Origin: a virus | Taxonomy: Duplodnaviria; Caudoviricetes | Virus record (IMG/VR): IMGVR_UViG_3300017540_000009 | Location: 1-40,387 of that record | Strand: one strand, 5' to 3' | DNA: 40,387 nt | In this document: piece after piece, positions 17,325 through 26,008 of the stretch | Position numbering within the stretch: the first letter of the stretch is position 1 | How the letters are laid out: the number at the start of each line of letters is the position of its first letter | Program-made: the position numbers and the translations under genes | The notes under the pieces: generated by a model | What the model was told of the DNA's origin: nothing | Databases searched by the model: none | Seen by the model: the letters and a program-made list of their open reading frames with translations, nothing else

Positions 17325-18700
17325 TTGGTAGCAGGTATTAATTGTTCAATGCCATGATAATCCATGACCCTTTTTACAGCATCGGTTGGTTGGAATTTGT
17401 ATTTCGGTAACCAACAGAGTAAACCTATGGTTGCAGAATATTTCTGACCTTTGGAGGTCATAACTTCAGCGGCTGCACGTTGTTTCCAGATCTTCAAAGT
17501 TAAAATCACAACCTCACGGATAGTTCCATCCTTAGAGTTATACATACCGCAGATTACCCCACGACGTTCATCCTTGGGTTGTAATTTATGGGTCTTAACG
17601 TAATCAGCCACCTTACGCTGCTGAGGAGTTAGGTATTCATCATTGGTATTGCGGTCATACCTAGAAGGATCAAGGCCACATTTAACCATCCAGGATTTCC
17701 AAACAGGACCATGACCTTTTTCAGGTTCACCGTACACATGGGAGATTTCAGACGTTGCCTGATGGCACATTTCATGGACTAGAATCTCAAGAAAGATTTC
17801 AGGCTTTGCATTGAAAAGTCTAGGACTTAAGGCTAATCTTCGACCAAAGGGTTGCCAATAACCACGAAGTTTAAAATTCGAACCTTGGTCCCGCATCATT
17901 TCAAGATTAGGTTCTTCCAACTTGGATTCAAACTTGATTTTGTTTATTTGATTCCATAAGTATTTGATAGTTAATAGCTTTAGTTGGTTAGGACTATTCG
18001 ATTTAACCTGTTTCAATTTTTCAATTGCTGCGGGCGGCAATCTATATTTTTCAAGAGCAGGTGCCCGATCGTCTATTAACTCTTTATCAAGTTGGGATAT
18101 GTCTTCACGTTCGGGATTACCCAAGGGTGAGCCAGTTGGTTGAATGGTTATGGTTTTAGCATCAGTATAACCAGTGGAAGCCTGGTACATTACAAACCTA
18201 CCATTGGCAAACTGCAGGCTCAAACCAATGTCTTCAGAATAGTATTTACCATTTGTAGCCTTGAATCCGAAATCCTTTAGGAATTGAGTTCCATCCCGAA
18301 GCATGAAATCTACACTACCTAAAGGATATTTCGCTACAGAAAACTGTGGTGTGGCATAACCATGTAGTTCCTTTAGAATTGCCGTCCAATCAGGAACTGT
18401 TTCACCTAGTAAGATTACCCTATCTTCCAAAACTTGGATAGGATAATGTGAACCTTTGTGAACCCAAATAGAAGAATTACGGCTCCACGGTGAGAATTCT
18501 AATTTGCGTAAGATACGCAAGACCTCATGAGGAAGCCATTGAGTGTAGCCTAATACGGCAACCTTCTTAACTTCGACAGGCTGATTTACAGGTAGACCTT
18601 CCAGTTTGAGTTTCTTGAAGAGTCGAGAAGCAGCCTCTTTAAGAGACTGTGGTGTAGTAAATGCTCTGGCGAAGATAGGACTACAAAATTGGCATTGCAT
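17321..18700 (-). CDS. SprT-like zinc metalloprotease domain protein
   Basis: INKIKFESKL...LSPRL...ILVHEMCHQA...GHGPVWKSWM is the SprT HExxH plus HG..W signature. Confidence 0.85.
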   Translation of the reverse strand: MQCQFCSPIFARAFTTPQSLKEAASRLFKKLKLEGLPVNQPVEVKKVAVLGYTQWLPHEVLRILRKLEFSPWSRNSSIWVHKGSHYPIQVLEDRVILLGETVPDWTAILKELHGYATPQFSVAKYPLGSVDFMLRDGTQFLKDFGFKATNGKYYSEDIGLSLQFANGRFVMYQASTGYTDAKTITIQPTGSPLGNPEREDISQLDKELIDDRAPALEKYRLPPAAIEKLKQVKSNSPNQLKLLTIKYLWNQINKIKFESKLEEPNLEMMRDQGSNFKLRGYWQPFGRRLALSPRLFNAKPEIFLEILVHEMCHQATSEISHVYGEPEKGHGPVWKSWMVKCGLDPSRYDRNTNDEYLTPQQRKVADYVKTHKLQPKDERRGVICGMYNSKDGTIREVVILTLKIWKQRAAAEVMTSKGQKYSATIGLLCWLPKYKFQPTDAVKRVMDYHGIEQLIPATK

Positions 18701-19668
18701 TATTTTGCCTTCTTAGCTTTTATATACCTTTTGAGAAACTCGTCAGGAGACAGTTTCAAGGCATTAAGGAATTTTTGAGCTAGTACTTTTTTAGTCCCTA
18801 ACTCAGAATTGTATAAGTCTACAACTTTACCATCTGGCGTAAGTACTCTAATTTTGTCGCTGCCAGGTAAATCCTTAACATACGCTACGGGGGTTTTAAC
18901 ACCGTTGATCTTTGCCCAGTAAATGTAAAGCTCATGTAGGATCTTGTCTAAACTACTATCGGGTGTTCTCTTAAAACCCTGTCGGATAACTGTAGTTTTT
19001 ATAGACTCATTACCAGGTAGAAAAACTATGGTTTCAAACTCATTCCGGTAACCCTTGAGTGTAGACATGCCAGACCAGGCACCGAAGCTTCGTTCGTAGA
19101 AGTCTATGTATTTTTCGTTATCTTCTTCTGCATGAACCTCTGCGAGCTCAAGAAACATATCAGCAAAGCCTTTGGACAAAGCCAGCAACCATTCAGTAGT
19201 CGCCAACACCAAACGTTGCTCAGTTTTCCATTTAACAGTTACATTGTCAGCCTCTTCAAAATCTTTAAGCATTTTTTCAGAGAAAGACAATATAGGGGAG
19301 AATGTATTATTCTTAGTAAGAATAAGAGTAGAGCCTACTGTGGCTGTTTTAAATTCCTTTGATGGTAAGGCGGTAGCTCTATAAAGAACCGGAGCAGCCT
19401 TAAAAGGAAATGCTTTCTTTAAGTGCCCTAATGCCACGGCAATAGCATCTACCTTTGGATAAGTCCTAGCTTCTAAAGTGGAGGTTAATCGTTCAGATTT
19501 ATTCCTCTTCATAAAAGAACCGCTGTACCAACTGGATATTAATTCAGGCAAGACGAGAGCAAAGAACTTACGCTCTTTGGGTCCTAAAGAGGCATAGAAC
19601 TTATAATAGTTTTTTACTCGGGCGGGCGGTTTTAAAGCCTCTAATCGAATTGATGCTTGAATATCCAT
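18700..19668 (-). CDS. Putative ADP-ribosyltransferase (R-S-E clade) with N-terminal MDIQASIRLEA leader
   Basis: LYRA ... LSFS ... NEFETIV occur in the order of the R-S-ExE catalytic motifs. Confidence 0.55.
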   Translation of the reverse strand: MDIQASIRLEALKPPARVKNYYKFYASLGPKERKFFALVLPELISSWYSGSFMKRNKSERLTSTLEARTYPKVDAIAVALGHLKKAFPFKAAPVLYRATALPSKEFKTATVGSTLILTKNNTFSPILSFSEKMLKDFEEADNVTVKWKTEQRLVLATTEWLLALSKGFADMFLELAEVHAEEDNEKYIDFYERSFGAWSGMSTLKGYRNEFETIVFLPGNESIKTTVIRQGFKRTPDSSLDKILHELYIYWAKINGVKTPVAYVKDLPGSDKIRVLTPDGKVVDLYNSELGTKKVLAQKFLNALKLSPDEFLKRYIKAKKAK

Positions 19669-19671
19669 TTT

Positions 19672-20226
19672 TTATGATCCTAAGAAAGTACCTTCGTCAG
19701 TTTGTACATTACCTTGGTTATCAGGCAGTACACCATCTACGGTCATAACACCAGTATTGACTTCAACGTTGCCTGTAGGATCAGGTAGTTGACCATTAAC
19801 CGATAGCACGGGATTCTCCGGCAGAGGTACGACTGGTTTATCAAGGCTATCACCTAGTGCCTGGTGTAAAAATACTTTGACAATATCTGAACCTAGGTTT
19901 TGGATCAAAAAACTTTCCGTCAATTCATCTAAAACCAAAACATTCTTTACATATATAACAACTTCTGAACCATCTAGTTTTCGTTTGTAGGTAACAGAGA
20001 TAGGTCCGTCACAACGGATAATCAGAAGGTTAGAACTAGCGCCCCCGTAATATTGCATAGGGACTAGTTCAAATATGTTGTTTGAAATCGAAGTTTCACT
20101 AAGGTAGGCTGCTGAATAGTCACCTACCTTTTGCCGAATTTGGTTATAGCCTTGTTGAACTCCTAGGTTGATAACCATAGAGTTCTTTGGCTTTCGGGCA
20201 GGAGTAATATTTACTTGGTAGTCCAT
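19672..20226 (-). CDS. Virion protein with tail-fibre-type repeats
   Basis: VLSVNGQLPDPTGNV / VMTVDGVLPDNQGNV repeats and a C-terminal DEGTF are shared with the fibre genes at 31200 and 35325. Confidence 0.65.
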   Translation of the reverse strand: MDYQVNITPARKPKNSMVINLGVQQGYNQIRQKVGDYSAAYLSETSISNNIFELVPMQYYGGASSNLLIIRCDGPISVTYKRKLDGSEVVIYVKNVLVLDELTESFLIQNLGSDIVKVFLHQALGDSLDKPVVPLPENPVLSVNGQLPDPTGNVEVNTGVMTVDGVLPDNQGNVQTDEGTFLGS

Positions 20227-20235
20227 ACTGTAACC

Positions 20236-21426
20236 TTATAGGCTTGCTAGGTAGTTAGCAATCTGTTCTTTTTGACGCATTAAGGTTTCCAACTCCTTCT
20301 CAATCTTTTTACCTGCATCACTATCACCTAAAGTAGATAGCTTTGATTCTGCATTTTTGATTTTTGAATCTAAAATGGCCAAAGCTTTAGTAGCTTTGTC
20401 AGTATCTGATTCCTCGGTATCATCCGAATCTTCCGATTCATCGGAGTCATCATTGAATTCCAGGGCAACTTGAGAAGGATCTTGGCCTAGGTTGATTATG
20501 TCATCAACCATGTGACCAGTTTGTTCCTTTATGTAGTTTAGACGCTCCGTTTCCCGCTTGCGTTGTTCTAAGAGCTTTCTCTTTCGCTCTTCTTTTTCCT
20601 GTTTCTTTTCATCCTTTTGTTCTTCGCCATCATCCTCTTCGGTATCAATGTCTTCTATCTCGTCAATATCGTCAGTTGAATCTTCCTTAGGCTTAAACCT
20701 TGAATCTGGATGATCTTTTATCCATTGCTGCTGTTGCTTAGAATTCCAGGAATGGAAATCTTCTTCGGTAATGGCTTCCAAGGTTAGAGCCTTTAACCGC
20801 ACTGCGGCAAAGATTCTCATGTTCAACTCTTGGTTAGTAGGTAAGGCTATATCTAATAGCCGGTCTACCGTCATAGGGTCAATATTCTCAGGAATACCTA
20901 CAAACGATTGAGGATGTTCCTTTGGTTCAGTTTGTTTTTCTGATTCCTCAGCTAAAACCTGTTGACCTTCTGGTACATCAGTGCCTTGAAAGAATGGTGC
21001 CGCAGACATTTCACTACCGATAGATTTATCAGCCTCTTTGGCTTTCTCCATTTCTTTGGCTTGTACGGCTTCAGGATCTTTACCCTGTAATTGCTTTTTG
21101 TCCTCAGTTCGGGTAGTTTGAACAAATTCATCAATCTCAGGGGTAGCGTAAGCCTTGATGAATTTCGCCGAAGCCTGAATTTCTGATTTTAAACCTAAGT
21201 CTTTCTGACATGCAGAGCAGAAATTAGGGCCACCGCATCTTGCACGAATTTGGTTAACATTTGGAAATACATGACCGTGGGTAGAGCCCACAGAGGCGTA
21301 TCCATCTGTAGTCTGTGGTACTCCGTTGAACAATCCTGGGTATTTGGATTCAAGCATGGTTTCAAATTCCTTAGGTGTCTCACCTCTACGCTCCATTAGA
21401 CGCTGCAATCTATTGTTAATGTCCAT
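20236..21426 (-). CDS. Acidic/coiled-coil protein with small Cys/His module, probable head internal protein
   Basis: HGHVFP...ARCGGPNFCSAC module and internal EIQAS, IFAAVRLKA and LEA motifs. Confidence 0.65.
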   Translation of the reverse strand: MDINNRLQRLMERRGETPKEFETMLESKYPGLFNGVPQTTDGYASVGSTHGHVFPNVNQIRARCGGPNFCSACQKDLGLKSEIQASAKFIKAYATPEIDEFVQTTRTEDKKQLQGKDPEAVQAKEMEKAKEADKSIGSEMSAAPFFQGTDVPEGQQVLAEESEKQTEPKEHPQSFVGIPENIDPMTVDRLLDIALPTNQELNMRIFAAVRLKALTLEAITEEDFHSWNSKQQQQWIKDHPDSRFKPKEDSTDDIDEIEDIDTEEDDGEEQKDEKKQEKEERKRKLLEQRKRETERLNYIKEQTGHMVDDIINLGQDPSQVALEFNDDSDESEDSDDTEESDTDKATKALAILDSKIKNAESKLSTLGDSDAGKKIEKELETLMRQKEQIANYLASL

Positions 21427-21469
21427 TTTAGTCCAGATAAGAATTTAAGGTGAGGTTACCTAACCAAAA

Positions 21470-21997
21470 TCAAAGATTTGAACAAAAAGCCTGTAGACGG
21501 AAAGCTGCTTGGATTTGTGTTTTATCCGGTCTAAGATGTTCTTGGTTAGTGTACTGTTTGATAATTTTTAGACTCGCAGGATCCTTGAGCAAAGCCTTTA
21601 AACCAAGATGCAGAGGTTTGGGTGCGTCTTCTAGTTTTCGCCATTCAGCCTTTTCAGTTTCCCAATCGAGCCTAGGTTTAAATTCCTCAGGAACCACAGT
21701 CAGAAAATTATGATAAGAGAAACTACCTGATTTGAATACCAATAGAGGTTTTATTATAACCTTACCAACGTAGCCGCATTCCTCTTTCAGCTCTCTTAGT
21801 GCAGCTTTCTTTGGTTGTTCAGAAGGGTCGATGGCGCCGCCCCAAGTTCCCCAGGTACCTGGTTCTAGCACGGCCTTACTTCTTTTGGGCCATAAAATAC
21901 GACCGGTGCTTTTAGCAACTATAAGGCAGCCGGCGCCTTGGCGTCCCCAGAAACCTGTTTCCTCTAGGGCTTGTTGGTGTAAATCATCGGAAGGCAT
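21470..21997 (-). CDS. Nudix hydrolase
   Basis: Nudix box GAIDPSEQPKKAALRELKEECG, with C-terminal IQAAFRLQA motif. Confidence 0.92.
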   Translation of the reverse strand: MPSDDLHQQALEETGFWGRQGAGCLIVAKSTGRILWPKRSKAVLEPGTWGTWGGAIDPSEQPKKAALRELKEECGYVGKVIIKPLLVFKSGSFSYHNFLTVVPEEFKPRLDWETEKAEWRKLEDAPKPLHLGLKALLKDPASLKIIKQYTNQEHLRPDKTQIQAAFRLQAFCSNL

Positions 21998-21999
21998 GT

Positions 22000-22299
22000 T
22001 TAATCCGGATAAAAGATCCGCAAGGTACCTTTTAGGTACTGTAACGTCAATTTGCCTTTACCTACCAAAGCAAATGTTTCTTTCTGGAAGACTCCTGGTT
22101 TAATCTGAAGTTTATAGCCTAGTTTGTTTAATTCATCAGCTAATTCTTCAACATCAGAAGCATCCATTTCACCATTTATATCTTCGGTACCTAGTTCAAC
22201 ATCGAAGCCTTGGCGTTTTAAGGCTTTATAGATAGGTTCGAGTTTGAGTAGTTCTTCTTGATTGCCAGCCCTTAGTCTAGCAGCAGCTTGAATTTCCAT
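22000..22299 (-). CDS. Small protein with MEIQAAARLRA leader
   Basis: 99-aa ORF carrying the shared N-terminal motif. Confidence 0.75.
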   Translation of the reverse strand: MEIQAAARLRAGNQEELLKLEPIYKALKRQGFDVELGTEDINGEMDASDVEELADELNKLGYKLQIKPGVFQKETFALVGKGKLTLQYLKGTLRIFYPD

Positions 22300-22300
22300 G

Positions 22301-22579
22301 TTAGATTACCTTATAAGAAACTGTGAAATCAAAACCTTCTTTACCCTTGGCGATGTGGGTAGGTTCAATACCATGACGCTTCAACAATTCTAGGTACCTA
22401 ACGGAGATAGTACCATCCATGTAAAAGAAACCTTCAGACAATTTACGGTCCGGGGTTTCTTTTAAAATCTTGTGAAAGGCTTTAGGGATCGAAGCGTGAG
22501 GCATTAGATGAATGCTCTGTACCAGTTCTTCGATTGTTCTTGACGCTGCGGTCAATCGAGTTAACGCCTTAATATTCAT
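22301..22579 (-). CDS. Small protein with MNIKALTRLTA leader
   Basis: The start is reassigned to ATG 22579 (GAGG RBS), which removes a 107-nt overlap and places the shared motif at the N-terminus; 92 aa. Confidence 0.7.
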   Translation of the reverse strand: MNIKALTRLTAASRTIEELVQSIHLMPHASIPKAFHKILKETPDRKLSEGFFYMDGTISVRYLELLKRHGIEPTHIAKGKEGFDFTVSYKVI

Positions 22580-22598
22580 ATAAGCCTCACGGATTCCT

Positions 22599-23234
22599 TT
22601 AAGTTGATTCTGACTTACGATTGAAAGGGTTAATTGACATGCACACTGGTACACGCCATTCAGGGCCCCAAGGTTTATTACTTGGATACCAGTCTTGAAT
22701 ATCACGATCCCAATAATTCCAAGCCTTCCAGCCTAGTTTGTAAGTACCATACTTACCTTGGTAGTTAAAGTTGAATAGACCATTACTAGAGGTGGCCAAG
22801 AAGATTTGATGTGAACCATCAAAGGGTTGCCACTTACGAATCGTCCATTCGGATTTGACCATCTTCTCCCCAAGTGGGTAGTATGAAAATGAGTAACCAG
22901 AATTGCGATTTAACCAACGCCATTGATAGTATTTACGCTTCCAGTAAGATGGCATCGAATCTGGGCTGTAGGTACCCTTAGGGGCAAAATAACCTCCAGT
23001 CCAACCCTCATCTAAAGAAGCGTCAAAGGTTTCAAACCATTTCAACCATTTGGGTAACCGTTTGGTTAGGCCTCGCCATTTAGGATCTTCGTCTTTGTAC
23101 ATCCAGCTATCAGGTTTCATATCTACTGCAAAGAAGATAACCCACCAGTTGAAAGCTAAAACGCAGAGTAAATTAAAAACTAGATCCAAAATACCAAAGA
23201 CCAGCCACTTTAAACCTTGTAATAAATATTTCAT
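22599..23234 (-). CDS. Trp-rich phage membrane protein of unknown function
   Basis: Hydrophobic N-terminal segment and an LPKWLKWFETFDASLD...YW.R...W.WLNRN pattern recalled from phage hypothetical proteins. Confidence 0.65.
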   Translation of the reverse strand: MKYLLQGLKWLVFGILDLVFNLLCVLAFNWWVIFFAVDMKPDSWMYKDEDPKWRGLTKRLPKWLKWFETFDASLDEGWTGGYFAPKGTYSPDSMPSYWKRKYYQWRWLNRNSGYSFSYYPLGEKMVKSEWTIRKWQPFDGSHQIFLATSSNGLFNFNYQGKYGTYKLGWKAWNYWDRDIQDWYPSNKPWGPEWRVPVCMSINPFNRKSEST

Positions 23235-23437
23235 TTTTGATCCTTTGCAAATCGTTCAATGCGCAATCTTAAGATTTCAGAATAATTTGCCATCACGTTT
23301 GCTTGAGTCATGAGAAGGCTTTGATCAAAATCAGCCAAAGTTTTAAAAACTTTCGAGTGTAGAAAGATTCTTAGTTTGGCGAGTTTTGATTCGAGCTCTT
23401 CTCTCTCGTCTATTACTCGCTGTTCATGTGGTTGCAT
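23231..23437 (-). CDS. Small helical phage protein (crAss001_48-like)
   Basis: QRVIDEREEL..KLAKL..FL...LL..Q...M..YSEIL..RI pattern. Confidence 0.7.
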   Translation of the reverse strand: MQPHEQRVIDEREELESKLAKLRIFLHSKVFKTLADFDQSLLMTQANVMANYSEILRLRIERFAKDQK

Positions 23438-23446
23438 AATAATCCT

Positions 23447-25000
23447 TTAAAGAGGCATCCAATAATTGGGAGTATATCTACCCCAGACTGAAGCCGGGCT
23501 GATTGTTATACCTACTGCACCAGTAGCACCTCGGGCCACACCTGCGCCGCCAGAGCCGTCTCCACCTGCGCCGCCACCACCTGAACCATCGCCTCCCGTA
23601 TTTCCCCGTATGATTAGGTTTTGCTTGAATGGTTTTAGTTCATTGTCGAGTCTGGATTGAATCTTTGAAGCAGCGGCATCCAAGTAGGAAGTACGGTCTA
23701 CGTTCAAGCTAATTGCTTGACCTTGGAAATCAAAAGCCTTCTCACCTTCAGCAAGATACTGGCTTTCAATGGCAAATAACTCAGCGAGCATTAGCCAGTA
23801 TTCTCTAATACCGCCTAACGCATTGGTCATTGTGAAATTGGTAGAAATACCCATCCAACCATTGAATGCATCCATTGCCCTACGTAACCAAGTCATGATG
23901 GTAGTAGGCGGAAATAGTAAATCAGGGGCCCCGTATAGAGTGGTCCGTGCTTTATTAATCTTTGCCTTTACATCGTCTATGGCATTAGCTAACGACGGAT
24001 TCAAGATGAAAAGATCGGCACGTTCAGTGTACACCCTAGCTGGATATTTTGATTCCCAGAACTTCCATACCACAGAGTAAGGTTTGACCGAAGGTTTCAG
24101 ATTGGTAGTATCCAATACACCTGCGTAGTACCAACCAGAGGCAACCTTCACAGGTGCGTCTGTGGCTGGTTTAGAGGTATCTGAAATCATTGTCAATGGT
24201 ACTAATTGTAGGTTGACCTGATAAAGGGATATACCTACGCGGTCAAACATTTGATCAGTAACCAATTCCAATGTGGCTGGATCACCTTGCATTTCTACCT
24301 GAGGTTGAACACCGACAGGTACAGTTACTAGGCCCACTACGGTAATAGCTTCGCCTTGGAATTCTCTTACGGTAGAACCATCCGGTTGTCGTCTTTGAAT
24401 AGTCCAACGGAGTTGATATTTCTGACCTTCCATAGTAGGTGGAATATCAGAAGGTACAACAATGACAGCTCTAGCTAGTACATTATTAGAAAAGCCTGTA
24501 ACCTCTACCTTATATTCAAAGGCATTACCTGCTGCATAAACTGTACCGTCTTCGGATAACAATTCATAAAGAACAAAGCCGCCTGAAGGGTCAACGTCTA
24601 CTGGATAAGAGAAGACGCAGGTACCCATTACAGAGTCCCCTGCCTGAACAGTATCTACCAGATCCTTAAAAGCATCCGGGCTTCGTGTTTGGTAGGGAAT
24701 CAACTCGCCAGCCTGCGTATTGCAGGTTACAGCCAGCAAAATGCCAAATTTACGAGTTTGTGTGGTTACTGTGGCGTCTATACCATAAGATAAGCCAGCG
24801 CCACCTCCTGTCAATTTGACCGTTATGGTAGCGTTCTGGATCTCTTGGAGTTCGGCTTGAAGGGGATTTACAGTAACAGGTGTCGGGGAACCTAATTCTA
24901 CTGACTGGACTACCTCTCCAGATTTAAGTAGGGAACCTAATTCGGCTTGCACCACCGTATCGGTGTTTGTGTCTTTATAATATACAAAGGTTGTTGACAT
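23447..25000 (-). CDS. Virion structural protein, probable neck or head-tail adaptor with beta-sandwich N-terminal domains
   Basis: 517 aa with a beta-rich N-terminal two thirds, a helical adaptor-like C-terminal domain and a Gly-rich tail. The function is inferred. Confidence 0.5.
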   Translation of the reverse strand: MSTTFVYYKDTNTDTVVQAELGSLLKSGEVVQSVELGSPTPVTVNPLQAELQEIQNATITVKLTGGGAGLSYGIDATVTTQTRKFGILLAVTCNTQAGELIPYQTRSPDAFKDLVDTVQAGDSVMGTCVFSYPVDVDPSGGFVLYELLSEDGTVYAAGNAFEYKVEVTGFSNNVLARAVIVVPSDIPPTMEGQKYQLRWTIQRRQPDGSTVREFQGEAITVVGLVTVPVGVQPQVEMQGDPATLELVTDQMFDRVGISLYQVNLQLVPLTMISDTSKPATDAPVKVASGWYYAGVLDTTNLKPSVKPYSVVWKFWESKYPARVYTERADLFILNPSLANAIDDVKAKINKARTTLYGAPDLLFPPTTIMTWLRRAMDAFNGWMGISTNFTMTNALGGIREYWLMLAELFAIESQYLAEGEKAFDFQGQAISLNVDRTSYLDAAASKIQSRLDNELKPFKQNLIIRGNTGGDGSGGGGAGGDGSGGAGVARGATGAVGITISPASVWGRYTPNYWMPL

Positions 25001-25654
25001 TTAGGAAACCGCCACTAGGTCTAAGAAACCTCGCTTGTCCACCTGCATAGAGAATTTTTCTCCAGTGGGTAATTCTGACATGATTACTAAATCTAGACCA
25101 TGTTTTACAACCTGCGAAGGTTTCTTGGTTAGAAACTGGAGTTTGTATTTACCTAATTCAACCAAGAAAGTAAGAGCGGATACGTCAGTGTGGAACTTGA
25201 TCATATCCACATCACCATCTTTCTCGGCTGTAATTTTGCCTTTAGCCAGACGATTGGCACATTTTAGAATTGTTTCCTTGGCATTAACTGAAGCAGCCAG
25301 TTCCTTAGAAACGGCCGATTTTTCATTTTCGGATTCAATTGCCTCTGTATCCTCAGAATTAGAAATCACTCCAGGGAACAAAGCTTCAATGCTATCTGCC
25401 TGTACGTCTACATAATCTGTGGTAGTGTCAGAGGTTACCGCTTGGTACATTGCCTTTACAGAGCTAGGGGTGATGGTATAGGCCTTGACCTTACCTTTTG
25501 ATTTCAGGTCTTCGGCAGTTTCTTCACCTTCCTGTTGTAGTTCTAAATCAGAAATTTCTTGCCTTAATTCTTCGGCAAAATCACGGTCACCAGTGCGTTT
25601 TGCATCCTGTAGCTGGCGTTTCAGTTCTTTAATACGCTGTGCTAGACCAGACAT
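25001..25654 (-). CDS. Hypothetical protein, probable head internal protein
   Basis: The start is reassigned to ATG 25654 (AAGGAG RBS). Coiled-coil N-terminus with clustered VKA, VQA, IEA and VNA motifs. Confidence 0.65.
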   Translation of the reverse strand: MSGLAQRIKELKRQLQDAKRTGDRDFAEELRQEISDLELQQEGEETAEDLKSKGKVKAYTITPSSVKAMYQAVTSDTTTDYVDVQADSIEALFPGVISNSEDTEAIESENEKSAVSKELAASVNAKETILKCANRLAKGKITAEKDGDVDMIKFHTDVSALTFLVELGKYKLQFLTKKPSQVVKHGLDLVIMSELPTGEKFSMQVDKRGFLDLVAVS

Positions 25655-25997
25655 TTTTGCTCCTTGCTTTGCGACCAGAATCAATAATCAAAATTTCTGA
25701 CATACCTGGCGCTAATTCAATTACTTGGATAATACCTTTTGGAAATTTGGCTTCATATCTTCGCTTCTGTGGATTATGAACCCACTTGGCACCCTTCATT
25801 TCTTTTACCAATTCACCAGCATCTTTATTCACATCGTACTTGTACTGGTAATCAAAACCATAGCTAGTTACAGGCTTTGCATTGGTCTTTAATCCTAATT
25901 CTTGCAAAAATTTCCTGCCGGCTGCCTTCTGATTAGGAATATTCTCATCCAACCACTTAGGACCAGCAGAAAGCCTGGCTTGGGCCTGAATTTCCAT
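25629..25997 (-). CDS. Small basic protein with MEIQAQARLSA leader
   Basis: 122-aa ORF with AAGGA RBS, carrying the shared N-terminal motif. Confidence 0.75.
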   Translation of the reverse strand: MEIQAQARLSAGPKWLDENIPNQKAAGRKFLQELGLKTNAKPVTSYGFDYQYKYDVNKDAGELVKEMKGAKWVHNPQKRRYEAKFPKGIIQVIELAPGMSEILIIDSGRKARSKNVWSSTAY

Positions 25998-26008
25998 TTT
26001 TTGAATCC

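Noticed and set aside
21427-21472. Possible stop-codon readthrough fusing the Nudix gene to the downstream gene
   Set aside because: Reading through the TGA meets TAA after 13 codons, so no fusion results. Genes elsewhere tile well under the standard code.
22580-22705. N-terminal extension of ORF 22301..22705
   Set aside because: It overlaps 22599..23234; ATG 22579 has an RBS and exposes the shared leader.
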